Assembly (NCBI GenBank): GCA_022703375.1
Contig: JAKLDS010000006.1
Span: 2,798 to 66,797, forward strand
DNA length: 64,000 nt
Source: Deltaproteobacteria bacterium
GTDB lineage: Bacteria > Desulfobacterota > Syntrophia > Syntrophales > Smithellaceae
Reading direction: 5' to 3'
Shown here: piece after piece, positions 10,921 to 21,910 of the stretch
Layout: the number at the start of each line of letters is the position of its first letter
Numbering within the stretch: position 1 is the stretch's first letter
Translations under genes and position numbers: made by a program
Notes under the pieces: model-generated
What the model saw: the letters and a program-made list of their open reading frames with translations, nothing else
Database searches by the model: none
Told to the model about the DNA's origin: nothing

Positions 10921-12336
10921 ATGATCAATAAAATACGCACACGTTTTGCACCTTCGCCCACCGGATATTTGCATATCGGCGGCGCGCGCACCGCGCTGTT
11001 TAGCTGGCTTTATGCGCGGCATCACAAAGGGGAGTTCGTGCTGAGGATTGAAGATACCGATCAGGAGCGCTCTACCGACGAATCAACCCGCGCCATTCTC
11101 GATGCCATGAGCTGGCTGGGATTAAACTGGGATGAAGGCCCTTATTTTCAGGCCGAAAGGGTTACTCTGCACCGCCAAATGGTGCAAAAACTTCTCGATG
11201 AAGGCAAGGCTTACTATTGCACTTGTACAGCCGAAGAGCTTGAAGAAAAGCGCAAGAAGGCGTTGGCGGAAGGCAGAAAACCCAAATACGACGGCACCTG
11301 TCGCGACAAGAAACTAAGCAAGACACCGGGCAGCGTTGTCCGTTTCCGCGGCACGGAAAACGGAATAACAATCGTCGAGGATTTAATCAAGGGTAACATT
11401 ACTTTCAACAATGAGGAACTCGACGATTTGATAATTGAACGTGGTGACGGTTATCCGACTTACAATTTCGCGGTAGTTGTTGACGATGCCTTAATGAACA
11501 TTACTCATGTCATTCGCGGCGATGACCATGTCAACAATACGCCGCGCCAGATTCTTCTTTATCAGGCGCTGGGTTTTGCCGTGCCTGCATTCGCTCACGT
11601 TCCCATGATTCTGGGCGCCGATAAAGCGCGTTTGAGCAAGAGGCATGGAGCGACATCGGTTATGGCTTATAAAGATATGGGATATCTGCCGGAGTCGCTC
11701 GTCAACTATCTGGTTCGCCTGGGATGGGCGGCGGGAGATCAGGAAATTTTTACGCTGACGGAATTGGTCAATTTATTTACGCTGGAGGCCGTCGGTAAAT
11801 CACCGGCCGTATTCAATCCGGAAAAGCTCCTGTGGCTCAACGCGCACTACATTAAGGGAGCAGATACAGACAGACTTTTTACTGAGATGAAAATGCTGTG
11901 GCCGGATGGCGCGAAAAACGCAGAGAGGGAATTTACTAAAAAAGTTATTGCTGATTTGCAGCCGCGTTCCAAAACGCTGCTGGAAATCGCCTCGGCCGCC
12001 GGTTTTTATTTTGCCGATGTGGTTGACTACGATAACGAAGCGGGGCAGAAGTTTCTTACTCCGGATATTGCCTGTTACTTAAAATCAATAATGGCGGATC
12101 TTCCTTCCGTCAGAGATTTCAGCAAAACGGGAATTGAAAATTACCTAAAAGCGTTTATTGAAAAACAAAATATTAAGTTTAAAGCTATTGCCCAGCCTCT
12201 GCGGGTGGCTCTCACCGGTAAAACCATCAGTCCCGGCATTGATGAAGTTATGGTTACTCTGGGCAGAGAACGGGTAACAAAAAGAATAAATGATGCGCTG
12301 GCCTATATCGCCAGAAATGATTTGACGGCTTCGTAA
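10921..12336 (+). CDS. gltX: glutamate--tRNA ligase
   Basis: 471 aa. RFAPSPTGYLHIGGART (HIGH motif) and RLSKRHG (KMSKS-type motif). Confidence 0.95.
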   Translation: MINKIRTRFAPSPTGYLHIGGARTALFSWLYARHHKGEFVLRIEDTDQERSTDESTRAILDAMSWLGLNWDEGPYFQAERVTLHRQMVQKLLDEGKAYYCTCTAEELEEKRKKALAEGRKPKYDGTCRDKKLSKTPGSVVRFRGTENGITIVEDLIKGNITFNNEELDDLIIERGDGYPTYNFAVVVDDALMNITHVIRGDDHVNNTPRQILLYQALGFAVPAFAHVPMILGADKARLSKRHGATSVMAYKDMGYLPESLVNYLVRLGWAAGDQEIFTLTELVNLFTLEAVGKSPAVFNPEKLLWLNAHYIKGADTDRLFTEMKMLWPDGAKNAEREFTKKVIADLQPRSKTLLEIASAAGFYFADVVDYDNEAGQKFLTPDIACYLKSIMADLPSVRDFSKTGIENYLKAFIEKQNIKFKAIAQPLRVALTGKTISPGIDEVMVTLGRERVTKRINDALAYIARNDLTAS

Positions 12337-12406
12337 AGAATTCCACCGCGGTTGCGGGAACTCACGCTGACCAGACGAAGGGCTGGGGATTCATCTTTAA
12401 AACACC

Positions 12407-12435
12407 TTGACTTTCTCAATCTAATTGAATAAAAG
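12407..12435 (+). promoter_or_regulatory. possible promoter for the tRNA gene
   Basis: TTGACT (12407-12412), 17-nt spacer, TAAAAG (12430-12435). It ends 18 nt before the tRNA 5' end. The -10 element is weak. Confidence 0.3.
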
Positions 12436-12453
12436 CGTTTGCCTTATCTGAAT

Positions 12454-12528
12454 GGTCCCATCGTCTAGTGGTTAGGACGCTGGCCTCTCACGCCGGAGAC
12501 AGGAGTTCAACTCTCCTTGGGACTACCA
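12454..12528 (+). tRNA. tRNA-Glu (anticodon CTC), CCA encoded
   Basis: Hand-folded cloverleaf: acceptor GGTCCCA/TGGGACT; D arm GTCT-AGTGGTTA-GGAC; anticodon arm CTGGC-CTCTCAC-GCCGG; 4-nt variable loop; T arm AGGAG-TTCAACT-CTCCT; discriminator A plus CCA. Total 75 nt. Confidence 0.9.
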
Positions 12529-12677
12529 TAATAAAATCAATCAGTTATAATGTGTATTAATTTATCAAATCCTGCAACGGGCTTTCAATTATTTATTCCC
12601 GGCAAGCTAATGATTTGACTGCCTCAAGAAGAACTGAATAATAAAACTATTTGTTTCTATGTTTTATCGGGCAAATC

Positions 12678-12890
12678 CTATTTTCTGAACAGGGAGAAAA
12701 TAATTGCCAGGATTATGCTTATGATAATGCTTGTTGTAATGGGAAAGTAGAAACTGAACCGTTCCTTTTTGATATAAATATCGCCAGGCAGCCTACCCAA
12801 AAATGGTATTTTATCAGCGAATAGAAAAACAAGTCCGGCGACTATCAGGATAACTCCGGCAAAAATCAAAATTTTACCAATTGCAGGCAT
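12678..12890 (-). CDS. small membrane protein, DUF2905 family
   Basis: 70 aa with two hydrophobic helices flanking FLGRLPGDIYIKKERFSFYFPITT. Confidence 0.7.
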   Translation of the reverse strand: MPAIGKILIFAGVILIVAGLVFLFADKIPFLGRLPGDIYIKKERFSFYFPITTSIIISIILAIIFSLFRK

Positions 12891-13064
12891 CAGAATTCCT
12901 TCCAGTATTCTTTTCGGCTAAATATGCTCTAATAAAACAAAAGTCAAGCAGGTTGTCCGCTATTTGGTGGAAGCAGGGGAAAGGCGAGCTTGTATGACTG
13001 GAAGATTTCGGCTATATAAGGATCTGGATATTGGGCATTCGTCAATTTGTGTTGAAGCTGATAA

Positions 13065-13100
13065 TGTAAAAAAGCCCCCCTGTTCATACAGAGAGGCTTT
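13065..13100 (-). terminator. rho-independent terminator after the OmpA-domain lipoprotein gene
   Basis: Minus strand reads AAAGCCTCTCTGTATGAACAGGGGGGCTTTTTTAC, a GC-containing stem followed by a T6 run, 26 nt past the stop. Confidence 0.6.
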
Positions 13101-13125
13101 AGTTTGTTCGATTTATTTTTGCTCG

Positions 13126-14454
13126 TTACTCAAGCGTTAACTCGACTCTGCGGTTTTGCTTTCTGCCTTGAGCGGTATTATTTTCAGCAACAGGTTTGGC
13201 CTGACCATAACCCTTTACTTCCATGCTGATCTTCTCTCCGACTCCCATTTTCTTGAGCAAATTATGAATATTAACAGCTCTTTCAATGGAAAGCAGCAGG
13301 TTGTTGCTCGCCGGTCCGCCGGCATCAGAATGCCCTTCAATCACAACCTTGCCGGAACTAGCTTTTACTTTGGCGGCAAAAGCTTTCAACTTATTCATAT
13401 CCTCTGCTACAACTTGTGTTGTGCCCACTTCAAAGTGAACAACTATTGAATTGCCAATCTGCGATACGGCTTCCTTTTTTGCCGCTGCGGCTGGAGCAGG
13501 TGCTGCTTTTTGTTTTTCGATTACCGGTGCCGGTTTTGGCGCAGGAGCAGGCTCTTGTTTCTTTTCGGCGACGACCGGAGGTGCAGCGGGAACCGGGACA
13601 GGCGCTTGTTGCTTCTCAGCTGCGACGGGAGGTGCAGCCGGCGCATTTGGAGGCGCCGGAGTCGGTGCTGCTACGGAAGGTGCTGCTGCAGGCGCAGGCG
13701 CTGCTGACGGAGCAGGAGGCAGTGAGGCAACAGCAGCAGCCCCACCGGCATTTCTGACGACTGTAATTCTGTCGTTAACCGGTATTTTACTAGATGCCCA
13801 GAGATCGTTGCCATCATTAAAGAAGAAATCCCATTCGGCAATTTCCGAATTAGGTTCCAATACCCAGACGCAGCAGGCTTCAATACCGGCATCGGCATCC
13901 GCTAGCATTCCCATACCGGCTTTTTTCTCCTGCAGAGACGCGATTTCGGCCTTTGTCGGAATTCGCCAATCGTTGTAACCGCCTTCTTTGAGGTTCTTAA
14001 CTGTCGTTGCGACATTTTCGGCTGTAATATCAGTGACGCCGTAAATAAGCCACTGCAGCCCGGTTCTCGTGTCAATTACGGAACCATTATTCAAAACATT
14101 AAAACGAATAACAATTCTGTCATTGATGACTTTCATCTGATTTTCGGTACCTGTGGTGATTTTCAAAGTTATCTTTGTTTTCCATTTGTCGGGCACGGGA
14201 GAAATAATGTATTCGGAAACAGGCATTAAACTATTGAAAGAGAAAACACCGTTGGCGTCAGTTGTTGTTTCGAATTGCTCATAACCCTTGACAGGCACAA
14301 CCTGCTTCGCAATAACTTTAATTGCTGATAGCGGCTGACCCTGGCCGTCAACTAAAGCCCCTTCTAATCCGGCCTTTTTACCGCCAAACAAACCACAGCC
14401 CAGGAAAAAAATACTGATTAGTAAAGCCACTAGTAAACCACGTGCAGTTTTCAT
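13126..14454 (-). CDS. lipoprotein with CarboxypepD_reg-like, DUF1566 (Lcl C-terminal-like), Pro/Ala-rich linker and OmpA C-terminal peptidoglycan-binding domains
   Basis: 442 aa. Lipobox FFLGC. DGQGQPLSAIKV..NGVFSF. GLQWL..DWRIPTKAEI..CCVWV. About 100 aa of AP/PA repeats. IEGHSDAGG..NRRVELTLE. Confidence 0.75.
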   Translation of the reverse strand: MKTARGLLVALLISIFFLGCGLFGGKKAGLEGALVDGQGQPLSAIKVIAKQVVPVKGYEQFETTTDANGVFSFNSLMPVSEYIISPVPDKWKTKITLKITTGTENQMKVINDRIVIRFNVLNNGSVIDTRTGLQWLIYGVTDITAENVATTVKNLKEGGYNDWRIPTKAEIASLQEKKAGMGMLADADAGIEACCVWVLEPNSEIAEWDFFFNDGNDLWASSKIPVNDRITVVRNAGGAAAVASLPPAPSAAPAPAAAPSVAAPTPAPPNAPAAPPVAAEKQQAPVPVPAAPPVVAEKKQEPAPAPKPAPVIEKQKAAPAPAAAAKKEAVSQIGNSIVVHFEVGTTQVVAEDMNKLKAFAAKVKASSGKVVIEGHSDAGGPASNNLLLSIERAVNIHNLLKKMGVGEKISMEVKGYGQAKPVAENNTAQGRKQNRRVELTLE

Positions 14455-14634
14455 AAGTATCCCTCCTTGTCCTTCAGTCCCCTTTTACAACTTGCGTTGT
14501 ATTTATTTGAAAAATTTTTCGCTAACATTACATAATATTTGCAATAATTCAATTAAAAAAAAGAAAATTCTGCAAAAAGCCTTAATAAAACCAGCTGTCA
14601 GTTTTATTAATATTTGCTTGTCAAAACAACTTTT

Positions 14635-15204
14635 CTACTCCCAGCCATTCTCTATGGCGGAAATATCTACCGAACCCATATCGTTAACGTTGGCCTTGAA
14701 ATGATCAATGCCTAAATAAACATCTTTTAAATGAGATGATGAAGTGACCAGACAGGAGGAAGCTTTGGCAAGATTGTCAACATCTTCAGACAGAAAATCA
14801 AAAAATCCGGTTATCATTGCTTCTGTAATACCGGCAATGGAAAGATTTGAACGTCTTGCTCCCGGAATATCAACTGCAAAATCTGGTATAAGCATTCCGT
14901 TAACTGTTGAGGCAATATTATAGGCGCCGGTATATATTTTGTCGTAGGTAATCTGGGAAAGCTCCCCGAAACCGAACAGCAGAAGCATTTCCGTTGCGAT
15001 GCGTTCCGGAAAAGGAATCACAACTTTTTCCAGGAAATCACCCTTTATTCTTGAGAGCTTGATATGGCTGGATATCAAGCCGTTGAGACGCCAATCAATA
15101 TAACCGCCGATGCCGCGCGGTGGCTTTTCATCGGAAAAAATACCGAGCGCCAGACACTTATGCCTGGGAAGATCGGGTAATTCAGTCGAGAGAAGTAGCT
15201 GCAT
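14635..15204 (-). CDS. hypothetical protein, possibly an M17-aminopeptidase N-terminal-like domain
   Basis: 189 aa. Overlaps the nusB stop by 23 nt. CLALGIFSDEKPPRGIGGYIDWRLNGLIS resembles the non-catalytic N-domain of M17 peptidases. No catalytic domain is present. Confidence 0.4.
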   Translation of the reverse strand: MQLLLSTELPDLPRHKCLALGIFSDEKPPRGIGGYIDWRLNGLISSHIKLSRIKGDFLEKVVIPFPERIATEMLLLFGFGELSQITYDKIYTGAYNIASTVNGMLIPDFAVDIPGARRSNLSIAGITEAMITGFFDFLSEDVDNLAKASSCLVTSSSHLKDVYLGIDHFKANVNDMGSVDISAIENGWE

Positions 15205-15613
15205 TTTCCTTATTTAATTTGAGATTAAGCGCATCAAGAACACCGTTGATGAAAGCCCCGGAATTCTCCGCGCCGTACATTTTTGCCAGTTCAATGGCCT
15301 CGTTTAATGTTACTTTAACCGGGATGTCCCGGCAGTAAAGAAATTCAAAAACGGCCAGGCGTAAAACACTTATATCAACTTTGGAAATTCTGCCCAGCGA
15401 CCAGTTTTCCGAACAACCGGCAATTAAAGCATCAATCTCTTCCCGATGATTCCAGGTGCCTTCCACGAGAATAGCAGCAAATTCTTTTGCCTGTTTGGGA
15501 GGCGCGAAATTACCCCAGAAAACATCCAGCGCCTCATTCACATCAATATCAGCAAAATTTAAACTGTAAAGAACTTTTAAGGCGACTTCCCGCGCCTTTC
15601 TCCTACCACGCAT
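15182..15613 (-). CDS. nusB: transcription antitermination factor NusB
   Basis: 143 aa. RRKAREVALKVLYS..AILRLAVFEF-type motifs. Sits in the classic position after ribH. Confidence 0.9.
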   Translation of the reverse strand: MRGRRKAREVALKVLYSLNFADIDVNEALDVFWGNFAPPKQAKEFAAILVEGTWNHREEIDALIAGCSENWSLGRISKVDISVLRLAVFEFLYCRDIPVKVTLNEAIELAKMYGAENSGAFINGVLDALNLKLNKENAATSLD

Positions 15614-15630
15614 TTAAACCTCAGGAAAGC

Positions 15631-16095
15631 TCAGAGCTTTTTAAATAAATCCACCATCTCAATGGCCGCCATAGCCGCATCCCATCCTTTATTGCCGGAT
15701 TTTGTGCCGGCACGTTCAATGGCCTGCTCAATTGTGTCGGTTGTTAAAACTCCGAAAGCAACAGGAATTTCCGTTTCCAGCCCGACGGTGGCAATGCCTT
15801 TGGAAACCTCCGCGCTGACATATTCGAAATGGGGTGTCGCGCCGCGGATAACCGCTCCCAGGCAGATTACCGCGTCATACTTGCCTGTTTTTGCCACTTT
15901 TTTTGCTCCCAGCGGCAGTTCAAAAGCTCCCGGAACTTTGTAAATGGCTATATCCTTCTCATCGGCTCCGGCTCTGGTCAGAGCGTCAACAGCCCCTTCA
16001 ATCAGTCGGCTGCTGATGAAATCATTAAAGCGGCTTGCCACTATGCCAAACTTCATTCCTTTGGCAACTACTTTTCCTTCAACTGTTTTCGGCAT
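15631..16095 (-). CDS. ribH: 6,7-dimethyl-8-ribityllumazine synthase
   Basis: 154 aa. [42 protein letters not shown]. Confidence 0.95.
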   Translation of the reverse strand: MPKTVEGKVVAKGMKFGIVASRFNDFISSRLIEGAVDALTRAGADEKDIAIYKVPGAFELPLGAKKVAKTGKYDAVICLGAVIRGATPHFEYVSAEVSKGIATVGLETEIPVAFGVLTTDTIEQAIERAGTKSGNKGWDAAMAAIEMVDLFKKL

Positions 16096-16193
16096 GATTT
16101 CTTACCATCCTTATTTTTTTATCGGATCTGGAACGCTCTCGTAAAACGAGTCTAATTTAACTGCCCGCTAAACGCAATAACTATTCGCGCCTG

Positions 16194-17396
16194 TTAAAGT
16201 TTTAACAAATGTCCCATCTTTCCCTTTTTTGTTTTCATATACTTGATATTATTTTCATTGGGCATTATTTCAATGGGAACGCGAGCGGTGATTTCAATTC
16301 CATATCCTTCCAGCCCGACGATTTTTTTCGGATTATTGGTTAAAAGACGCATTTTATGCACACCCAGATCAACGAGAATCTGCGCTCCGATACCATAGTC
16401 ACGCAAATCAGGCTTGAAACCAAGAGCGACATTGGCTTCCACCGTGTCATGCCCGTTTTCCTGCAGGGCATAAGCCTTGATTTTATTGACGAGCCCTATG
16501 CCGCGGCCTTCCTGCCGCATGTAAACGATAATTCCCTTGCCCTCTTTTTCCACCATTTTCATGGCGCGGTGCAACTGTTCGCCGCAATCGCACTTTTGCG
16601 ATGCAAAAATATCGCCGGTCAGACATTCCGAATGAACACGCACCAGGACATCGTCAGTTTTACCTATTTCGCCCTTGACCAAAGCGATATGCTGTGTATC
16701 GTCAACATCGTTTTCGTAAACAATAAGACGAAAATCGCCGCCATATCCGGTGGGGACATTGGCTTCGGCGACCCGCCTGATCATGGATTCATTCTGCATC
16801 CGGTAATCAATTAAATCGGCTATGGTGATAATTTTCAAATCATGAGCGGCGGCGAAGATTTCCAGGTCAGGCAGGCGAGCCATTGTGCCGTCATCTTTCA
16901 TGATTTCGCAAATAACTCCTGCCGGGATCAAACCGGCGATTCTGCATAAATCAACGGAACCCTCGGTCTGGCCGGTTCTCACTAAAACGCCACCCTTGCG
17001 TGCCCGGATGGGAAAAACGTGTCCGGGGCTGACGATATCTTCCGGTTTTGCATCCGGCGAGACAGCGGCAATAATTGTTGCCGCCCGATCGGCCGCGGAA
17101 ATACCGGTAGTAACGCCATGCCGCGCTTCGATAGAAACCGTGAAGGCGGTGCCGAAACGCGTCTTGTTTTCCTGCACCATTGGCTTAAGATTAAGACTGT
17201 CGGCCTTTTCTTCCGTCAGCGTCAGGCAGATGAGACCCCGGCCGTAACGGGCCATGAAATTGATGGCTTCCGGCGTGGCAAACTGCGCCGCCAGAAAAAG
17301 GTCGCCTTCATTTTCCCGATCTTCATCGTCAACGAGAATTACCATTTTCCCGTTGCGGATATCTTCTATAGCTTCTTTAATAGTGCTGATTGCCAT
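16194..17396 (-). CDS. ribBA: bifunctional 3,4-dihydroxy-2-butanone-4-phosphate synthase / GTP cyclohydrolase II
   Basis: 400 aa. [12 protein letters not shown] (RibB half). [18 protein letters not shown] and EGRGIGL (RibA half). Confidence 0.95.
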   Translation of the reverse strand: MAISTIKEAIEDIRNGKMVILVDDEDRENEGDLFLAAQFATPEAINFMARYGRGLICLTLTEEKADSLNLKPMVQENKTRFGTAFTVSIEARHGVTTGISAADRAATIIAAVSPDAKPEDIVSPGHVFPIRARKGGVLVRTGQTEGSVDLCRIAGLIPAGVICEIMKDDGTMARLPDLEIFAAAHDLKIITIADLIDYRMQNESMIRRVAEANVPTGYGGDFRLIVYENDVDDTQHIALVKGEIGKTDDVLVRVHSECLTGDIFASQKCDCGEQLHRAMKMVEKEGKGIIVYMRQEGRGIGLVNKIKAYALQENGHDTVEANVALGFKPDLRDYGIGAQILVDLGVHKMRLLTNNPKKIVGLEGYGIEITARVPIEIMPNENNIKYMKTKKGKMGHLLKL

Positions 17397-17399
17397 TTA

Positions 17400-18041
17400 T
17401 TAATCCTGTCCTTGAAAGCCGTGGCGGGCCAGAAATTCGTTATCAATTGCCCGCGGCGCCCGCATTAATTTTTCCACATACTTGCCCAGAATGTCCGTTT
17501 CGATGTTGACCAGATCGGATTGTTTTCTGGATATCAGCGTTGTCCGGGATGTCGTGTGGGGAATTATATTAACATAAAACCTGCTTTTTTCAAGTTTGTT
17601 CACCGTCAGGCTGACGCCGTCAACGGCAACAGAGCCTTTTTCCACTATGTAACGGGATAAATTTTCGTCTGCTGCGATGCCGAGAATAAGCGACCCTGAT
17701 TTTTCTGTTCTCGATAAAATCCGGCTTACCGCATCCACATGACCCAGGACAAAATGACCGCCCGCAAAGCCGCCTGCCCGCAATGCCTTTTCCAGATTGA
17801 CGATATCGCCGGCCGGCAATAACTTAAATGTTGTTTTATCCAACGTTTCGGCCGAAACATCGGCTCCGAAAGATGTGCCGGCTTTTACTGTGACAGTCAG
17901 GCAGACACCGTTTACGGCAATGCTGTCGCCAATGGCTACATCACTGAGATCAATGGCAGCTTCTACTTCCAGAAACGCGGCAGCGGCCTTTCTGGTCAGG
18001 CGTTTGATTTTTCCCTGTCCCTCAATAATTCCTGTAAACAT
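17400..18041 (-). CDS. ribE: riboflavin synthase
   Basis: 213 aa. [10 protein letters not shown] start. Duplicated lumazine-binding repeats ([13 protein letters not shown] / [12 protein letters not shown]). Confidence 0.9.
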   Translation of the reverse strand: MFTGIIEGQGKIKRLTRKAAAAFLEVEAAIDLSDVAIGDSIAVNGVCLTVTVKAGTSFGADVSAETLDKTTFKLLPAGDIVNLEKALRAGGFAGGHFVLGHVDAVSRILSRTEKSGSLILGIAADENLSRYIVEKGSVAVDGVSLTVNKLEKSRFYVNIIPHTTSRTTLISRKQSDLVNIETDILGKYVEKLMRAPRAIDNEFLARHGFQGQD

Positions 18042-18045
18042 AAAA

Positions 18046-18507
18046 TTACTTTTTATCTTTGTTTAATAAGTCTTTCAGTTCGGAGATAAATTCTCCCACG
18101 TCACGAAACTGACGGTACACGGAGGCAAAACGCACATAAGCTACTCCGTCCAGGTTCCGCAGTTCATCCATCACTTTTTCGCCGATTATTGTCGAAGGAA
18201 TTTCTTCACCCTGATATTCCTGGCAGGCCTGTTCAACGTTTTCCACAATTTTTTCCATGGCCTCCATGCCGATCGGACGTTTTTCACAGGCCTTCATCAC
18301 GCCGTTGCGAATTTTTATCCGGTCAAAATGCTCCCGCCGGCCGTCCTTTTTAATCACCATCGGCAGAATGTCTTCCACAAACTCATAGGTCGTAAAACGC
18401 CGGTTGCAGCTCAGACACTCACGGCGGCGGCGGATGGCTTTGCCATCTTTACTGATTCGCGAATCAATGACTTTATTTTCGCTGTTGCCGCAGAAAGGAC
18501 ACTTCAT
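18046..18507 (-). CDS. nrdR: transcriptional repressor NrdR
   Basis: I place the start at the internal Met (ATG 18505-18507), giving [17 protein letters not shown], a zinc ribbon plus ATP-cone. The longer tracked ORF (to 18594) overlaps the upstream gene. Confidence 0.9.
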   Translation of the reverse strand: MKCPFCGNSENKVIDSRISKDGKAIRRRRECLSCNRRFTTYEFVEDILPMVIKKDGRREHFDRIKIRNGVMKACEKRPIGMEAMEKIVENVEQACQEYQGEEIPSTIIGEKVMDELRNLDGVAYVRFASVYRQFRDVGEFISELKDLLNKDKK

Positions 18508-18523
18508 CGGAGATTGCCCCTTG

Positions 18524-19009
18524 TTAAATTTGTATGACGCTGATCCCGGCTTCCCCGAGCATTTCCGCCGCCAGCTTATCACAGTATCCGTCACGAATCA
18601 CAATGCGGACAATGCCGGCGTTGATAATCATTTTGGCGCAGATAACGCAGGGATGATTGGTACAGTAAAGTGTTGAGCCTTTAGTACTCACGCCGTGCAG
18701 GGCGGCCTGAATTATAACATTTTGCTCCGCATGGAGACCGCGGCATAATTCATGGCGCTCGCCGGAGGGCACCTGCAGTTGCTCACGCAGACAGCCTTTA
18801 TCCAGGCAATGATCCAGACCCGAAGGCGCGCCGTTGTATCCGGTGGCCAGAATGCGGCGGTCACGAACCAGCCCGGCGCCGACTGCGCGGCGGCGGCAGG
18901 TGCTGCGCCGGGAAACCAGCTCGGCGATATCCAGAAAATAATTATCCCAGTCAGGCCTGCCGTTGATTTTTTCCGGCGTTTCAACCGCTATCTTTTTTTG
19001 TTCAGCCAT
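18524..19009 (-). CDS. dCMP (CMP/dCMP-type) deaminase
   Basis: Start taken at the Met at 19007-19009 ([10 protein letters not shown]), just downstream of the glyA stop. Zinc motifs HAEQNVI and [14 protein letters not shown]. Confidence 0.8.
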   Translation of the reverse strand: MAEQKKIAVETPEKINGRPDWDNYFLDIAELVSRRSTCRRRAVGAGLVRDRRILATGYNGAPSGLDHCLDKGCLREQLQVPSGERHELCRGLHAEQNVIIQAALHGVSTKGSTLYCTNHPCVICAKMIINAGIVRIVIRDGYCDKLAAEMLGEAGISVIQI

Positions 19010-19032
19010 AAATATCCGCAGGGGAAAAATCT

Positions 19033-20283
19033 TCAGTTTTTGATTCTTTGGGCGTAAAGGGGAAACCTTGCGCAAAAAGCCTTCACCTCTGCCGCGATTG
19101 CCTGAATCTTCGTTTCATTATTAATGTTAGCGATGACATCGGCGATGAAGGAGGCGATTTGCCTCATATCGTTTTCTTTCATACCGCGTGTCGTTACTGC
19201 CGGTGTGCCGATGCGGATACCGCTGGTTATCTGCGGCCCCTTGGTGTCGAAGGGAATCCCGTTTTTATTAACGGTAATAGCGGCGTGGTCCAGAGCTTCC
19301 TGAGCTTCCTTGCCGGTAACGCCTTTGGCTGTTAAATCCACAAGCATCAGATGAGTGTCCGTACCGCCGGAAACAAGGCGAAAACCCTGATTTTTTAATT
19401 CATCCGCCATTGCCTGGGCGTTTTTAATAATTTGCCCTTGATATTCCTTAAACTCAGGAGTAAGAGCCTCTTTGAAGGCGACCGCTTTGGCGGCGATAAT
19501 ATGCATCAAAGGGCCTCCCTGCATGCCGGGAAATACGCGGCTGTTGATTGTTTTGCCGTACGCTTCCTTGCACATGATTAAACCGCCGCGCGGACCGCGC
19601 AATGTTTTATGTGTTGTGGATGTGACAAATTCGCAGACGGGAACCGGCGTCGGATGCAAACCGGTGGCAACCAGACCGGCAATGTGGGCGATGTCCGCCA
19701 TAATTACGGCGCCGACTTCATCGGCCGCTTTACGGAAACGCGCGAAATCAATAGTCCGGGGATAGGCGCTGGCGCCGACCACGATCATTTTGGGTTTATG
19801 CTCACGCGCCAGCTTTTCCAGTTCGTCATAGTCAATAGTTTCCGTTTCTTTATTTACGCCGTAAGGGACAATTTTATAAAATTTACCGGAAAAATTGGCC
19901 GGGCTGCCGTGCGACAGATGCCCGCCGTGGGAAAGATTCATGCCGAGCACCGTATCGCCGGGCTGCACCGCGGCGAAATAAACAGCCATATTGGCCTGTG
20001 TGCCGGAATGCGGCTGAACGTTGATGCAATCCGCACCGAAAAGCTTCTGGCATCGCTCAATAGCAAGGCTTTCGGCAATATCCACAAATTCACAGCCGCC
20101 GTAATAACGCTTGCCGGGATAACCCTCTGCGTATTTATTGGTCATAATGGAACCCTGAGCTTCCAGTACGGCTTCGCTGACAAAATTTTCCGAAGCAATC
20201 AATTCAATCTTTCCCGCCTGTCTTCTTGTTTCCAACTGGATAGCGCGGGCGATTTCCGGATCAACTTTTTCCAAAAAAGACAT
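19033..20283 (-). CDS. glyA: serine hydroxymethyltransferase
   Basis: 416 aa. [25 protein letters not shown] (PLP lysine region). Confidence 0.95.
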   Translation of the reverse strand: MSFLEKVDPEIARAIQLETRRQAGKIELIASENFVSEAVLEAQGSIMTNKYAEGYPGKRYYGGCEFVDIAESLAIERCQKLFGADCINVQPHSGTQANMAVYFAAVQPGDTVLGMNLSHGGHLSHGSPANFSGKFYKIVPYGVNKETETIDYDELEKLAREHKPKMIVVGASAYPRTIDFARFRKAADEVGAVIMADIAHIAGLVATGLHPTPVPVCEFVTSTTHKTLRGPRGGLIMCKEAYGKTINSRVFPGMQGGPLMHIIAAKAVAFKEALTPEFKEYQGQIIKNAQAMADELKNQGFRLVSGGTDTHLMLVDLTAKGVTGKEAQEALDHAAITVNKNGIPFDTKGPQITSGIRIGTPAVTTRGMKENDMRQIASFIADVIANINNETKIQAIAAEVKAFCARFPLYAQRIKN

Positions 20284-20304
20284 GAATACAACTTCCTCCT
20301 CAAT

Positions 20305-21549
20305 TTAATCTGATCGATATTTCTTGAATATTAAAACAGCATTAACGCCGCCGAAACCAAAAGTGTTGGACATGGCTGTGTGGATTTCTTTATGACGCGC
20401 CGCATTGGGTACATAGTCAAGATTACATTCAGCGTCCGGATTTTCCAGGTTGATGGTGGGAGGGATGATGCTCTCTGTTATAGCCTTTACGGCAAAAATA
20501 GCTTCCACGCCGCCGGCCGCTCCCAGCATATGGCCGGTCATTGATTTGGTCGAGCTTACCATCATATTCTGAATATGCCGGCCGAAAAGAGTTTTAATGG
20601 CCTGGGTTTCATATAAATCATTCAGCGGTGTTGATGTGCCGTGAGCGTTGATATAGTCTATGCTGGCCGGATTCAGACGGGAATCCTTCAGGGCGGCCAT
20701 CATGCTGCGCACGGCTCCTTCATGGCCCGACGGCGGGGCCGCCATGTGGAAGGCATCGGAGGAACAACCGTAACCGGCTACTTCCGCGTAAATACGGGCA
20801 CCTCTTTTCAAAGCAAAGGACAGTTCTTCGAGAACGATAATTCCACACCCTTCACCAATAACAAAGCCGTCACGATCCTTATCAAAAGGCCGGCTGGCTT
20901 TTTGCGGCTCATCATTGCGCACCGAGAGCGCCCGCATGGAATTAAAGCCGGCAACACCTAAAGGAACTATCGCCGCTTCCACTCCTCCGGTAATCATTAC
21001 ATCGGCATCATTATAAGCGATGGTTTTATAGGCGTCGCCGATAGCGGAAGTGCCGGCGGCGCAAGCCGTGACAGGACAATTAATGGGTCCTTTCGCGCCA
21101 TGTCTTATCGAAACATGGCCGGCAGCCAGATTGGGCAGAATAGCCGGAACGGCAAAAGGAGAAATTTTGTGAGGTCCGCCGGACAGCAGGGCTCGTTCTT
21201 CCTGTTCAATTGTTGCCACGCCGCCGATAGCGTTGCCAATGATAACTCCGGTGCGATTGGCAATTTCGGAGCCGATGGTGAGAGCGGCGTCGTTTATGGC
21301 CATTGACGATGCCGCCAGAGCGTAGATAATAAAATCGTCGTAACGGCGCAGTTCTTTTTTATCAACAAACTGCAGCGGATCAAAGTTCTTCAGCTCCGCG
21401 GCGATTCTGGTTTTAAATCCCGTGCTGTCAAATTTTGTAATAGGGCCGACACCGGATTTTCCCGCAATTGCGCCTTCCCAGGATTCCTTTACGGAATTAC
21501 CCAGGGGTGTCAATGCACCGAGGCCTGTTACAACGACACGCCTTTTCAT
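20305..21549 (-). CDS. fabF: 3-oxoacyl-ACP synthase II
   Basis: 414 aa. RRVVVTGLG, active-site region [28 protein letters not shown]. Confidence 0.9.
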   Translation of the reverse strand: MKRRVVVTGLGALTPLGNSVKESWEGAIAGKSGVGPITKFDSTGFKTRIAAELKNFDPLQFVDKKELRRYDDFIIYALAASSMAINDAALTIGSEIANRTGVIIGNAIGGVATIEQEERALLSGGPHKISPFAVPAILPNLAAGHVSIRHGAKGPINCPVTACAAGTSAIGDAYKTIAYNDADVMITGGVEAAIVPLGVAGFNSMRALSVRNDEPQKASRPFDKDRDGFVIGEGCGIIVLEELSFALKRGARIYAEVAGYGCSSDAFHMAAPPSGHEGAVRSMMAALKDSRLNPASIDYINAHGTSTPLNDLYETQAIKTLFGRHIQNMMVSSTKSMTGHMLGAAGGVEAIFAVKAITESIIPPTINLENPDAECNLDYVPNAARHKEIHTAMSNTFGFGGVNAVLIFKKYRSD

Positions 21550-21577
21550 TTTCCGGAAACCTGCTTTTTAAATTAGA

Positions 21578-21814
21578 CTAATTAATGCCCTTGCTTTTAA
21601 GAAAATCAATGACGTTCTTAATTGTACGAATCTTTTCCAATTCTTCATCGGCTATTTCAAGACCGAAAACCTCTTCCATTTCCATGATCAATTCCACGAG
21701 GTCCAGCGAATCAGCGCCCAAATCATCAATAAAAGAAGCCTCCGGAACACATTCTTCCCTTGTCACATCCAGCTGCTCCATAACAACCTTTATGACTTTC
21801 TCTTCTAATGTCAT
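21578..21814 (-). CDS. acpP: acyl carrier protein
   Basis: 78 aa with the [14 protein letters not shown] phosphopantetheine site. Confidence 0.95.
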   Translation of the reverse strand: MTLEEKVIKVVMEQLDVTREECVPEASFIDDLGADSLDLVELIMEMEEVFGLEIADEELEKIRTIKNVIDFLKSKGIN

Positions 21815-21910
21815 GTAAAGTCCTCCTCAAATCGTTTATCGCTTTTTGCCGCAAATTTGAAATAATGCAAGTGTTTTTACCCTTTTTTAAAAAATAATTC
21901 CTCTTTTTTT

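Noticed and set aside
16096-16193. Possible FMN riboswitch in or upstream of the rib genes
   Set aside because: The rib genes are tightly packed behind nrdR. The only spacer (98 nt between ribBA and ribH) is too short and lacks the conserved FMN-element core as far as I can judge by eye.
18046-18594. Long forms of nrdR (182 aa) and of the deaminase gene (18524-19075, 183 aa)
   Set aside because: The extensions overlap the upstream genes and add non-conserved N-termini. Internal Met codons give the canonical MKCPFCG start for NrdR and a start just after the glyA stop for the deaminase.
18524-19009. Whether the deaminase is a split RibD deaminase domain completing the rib operon
   Set aside because: The HAE..PCxxCAKxIxxxGI pattern and the 161-aa size fit dCMP/ComEB-type deaminases better than RibD. 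No reductase domain is adjacent. ribD is simply not in this window.
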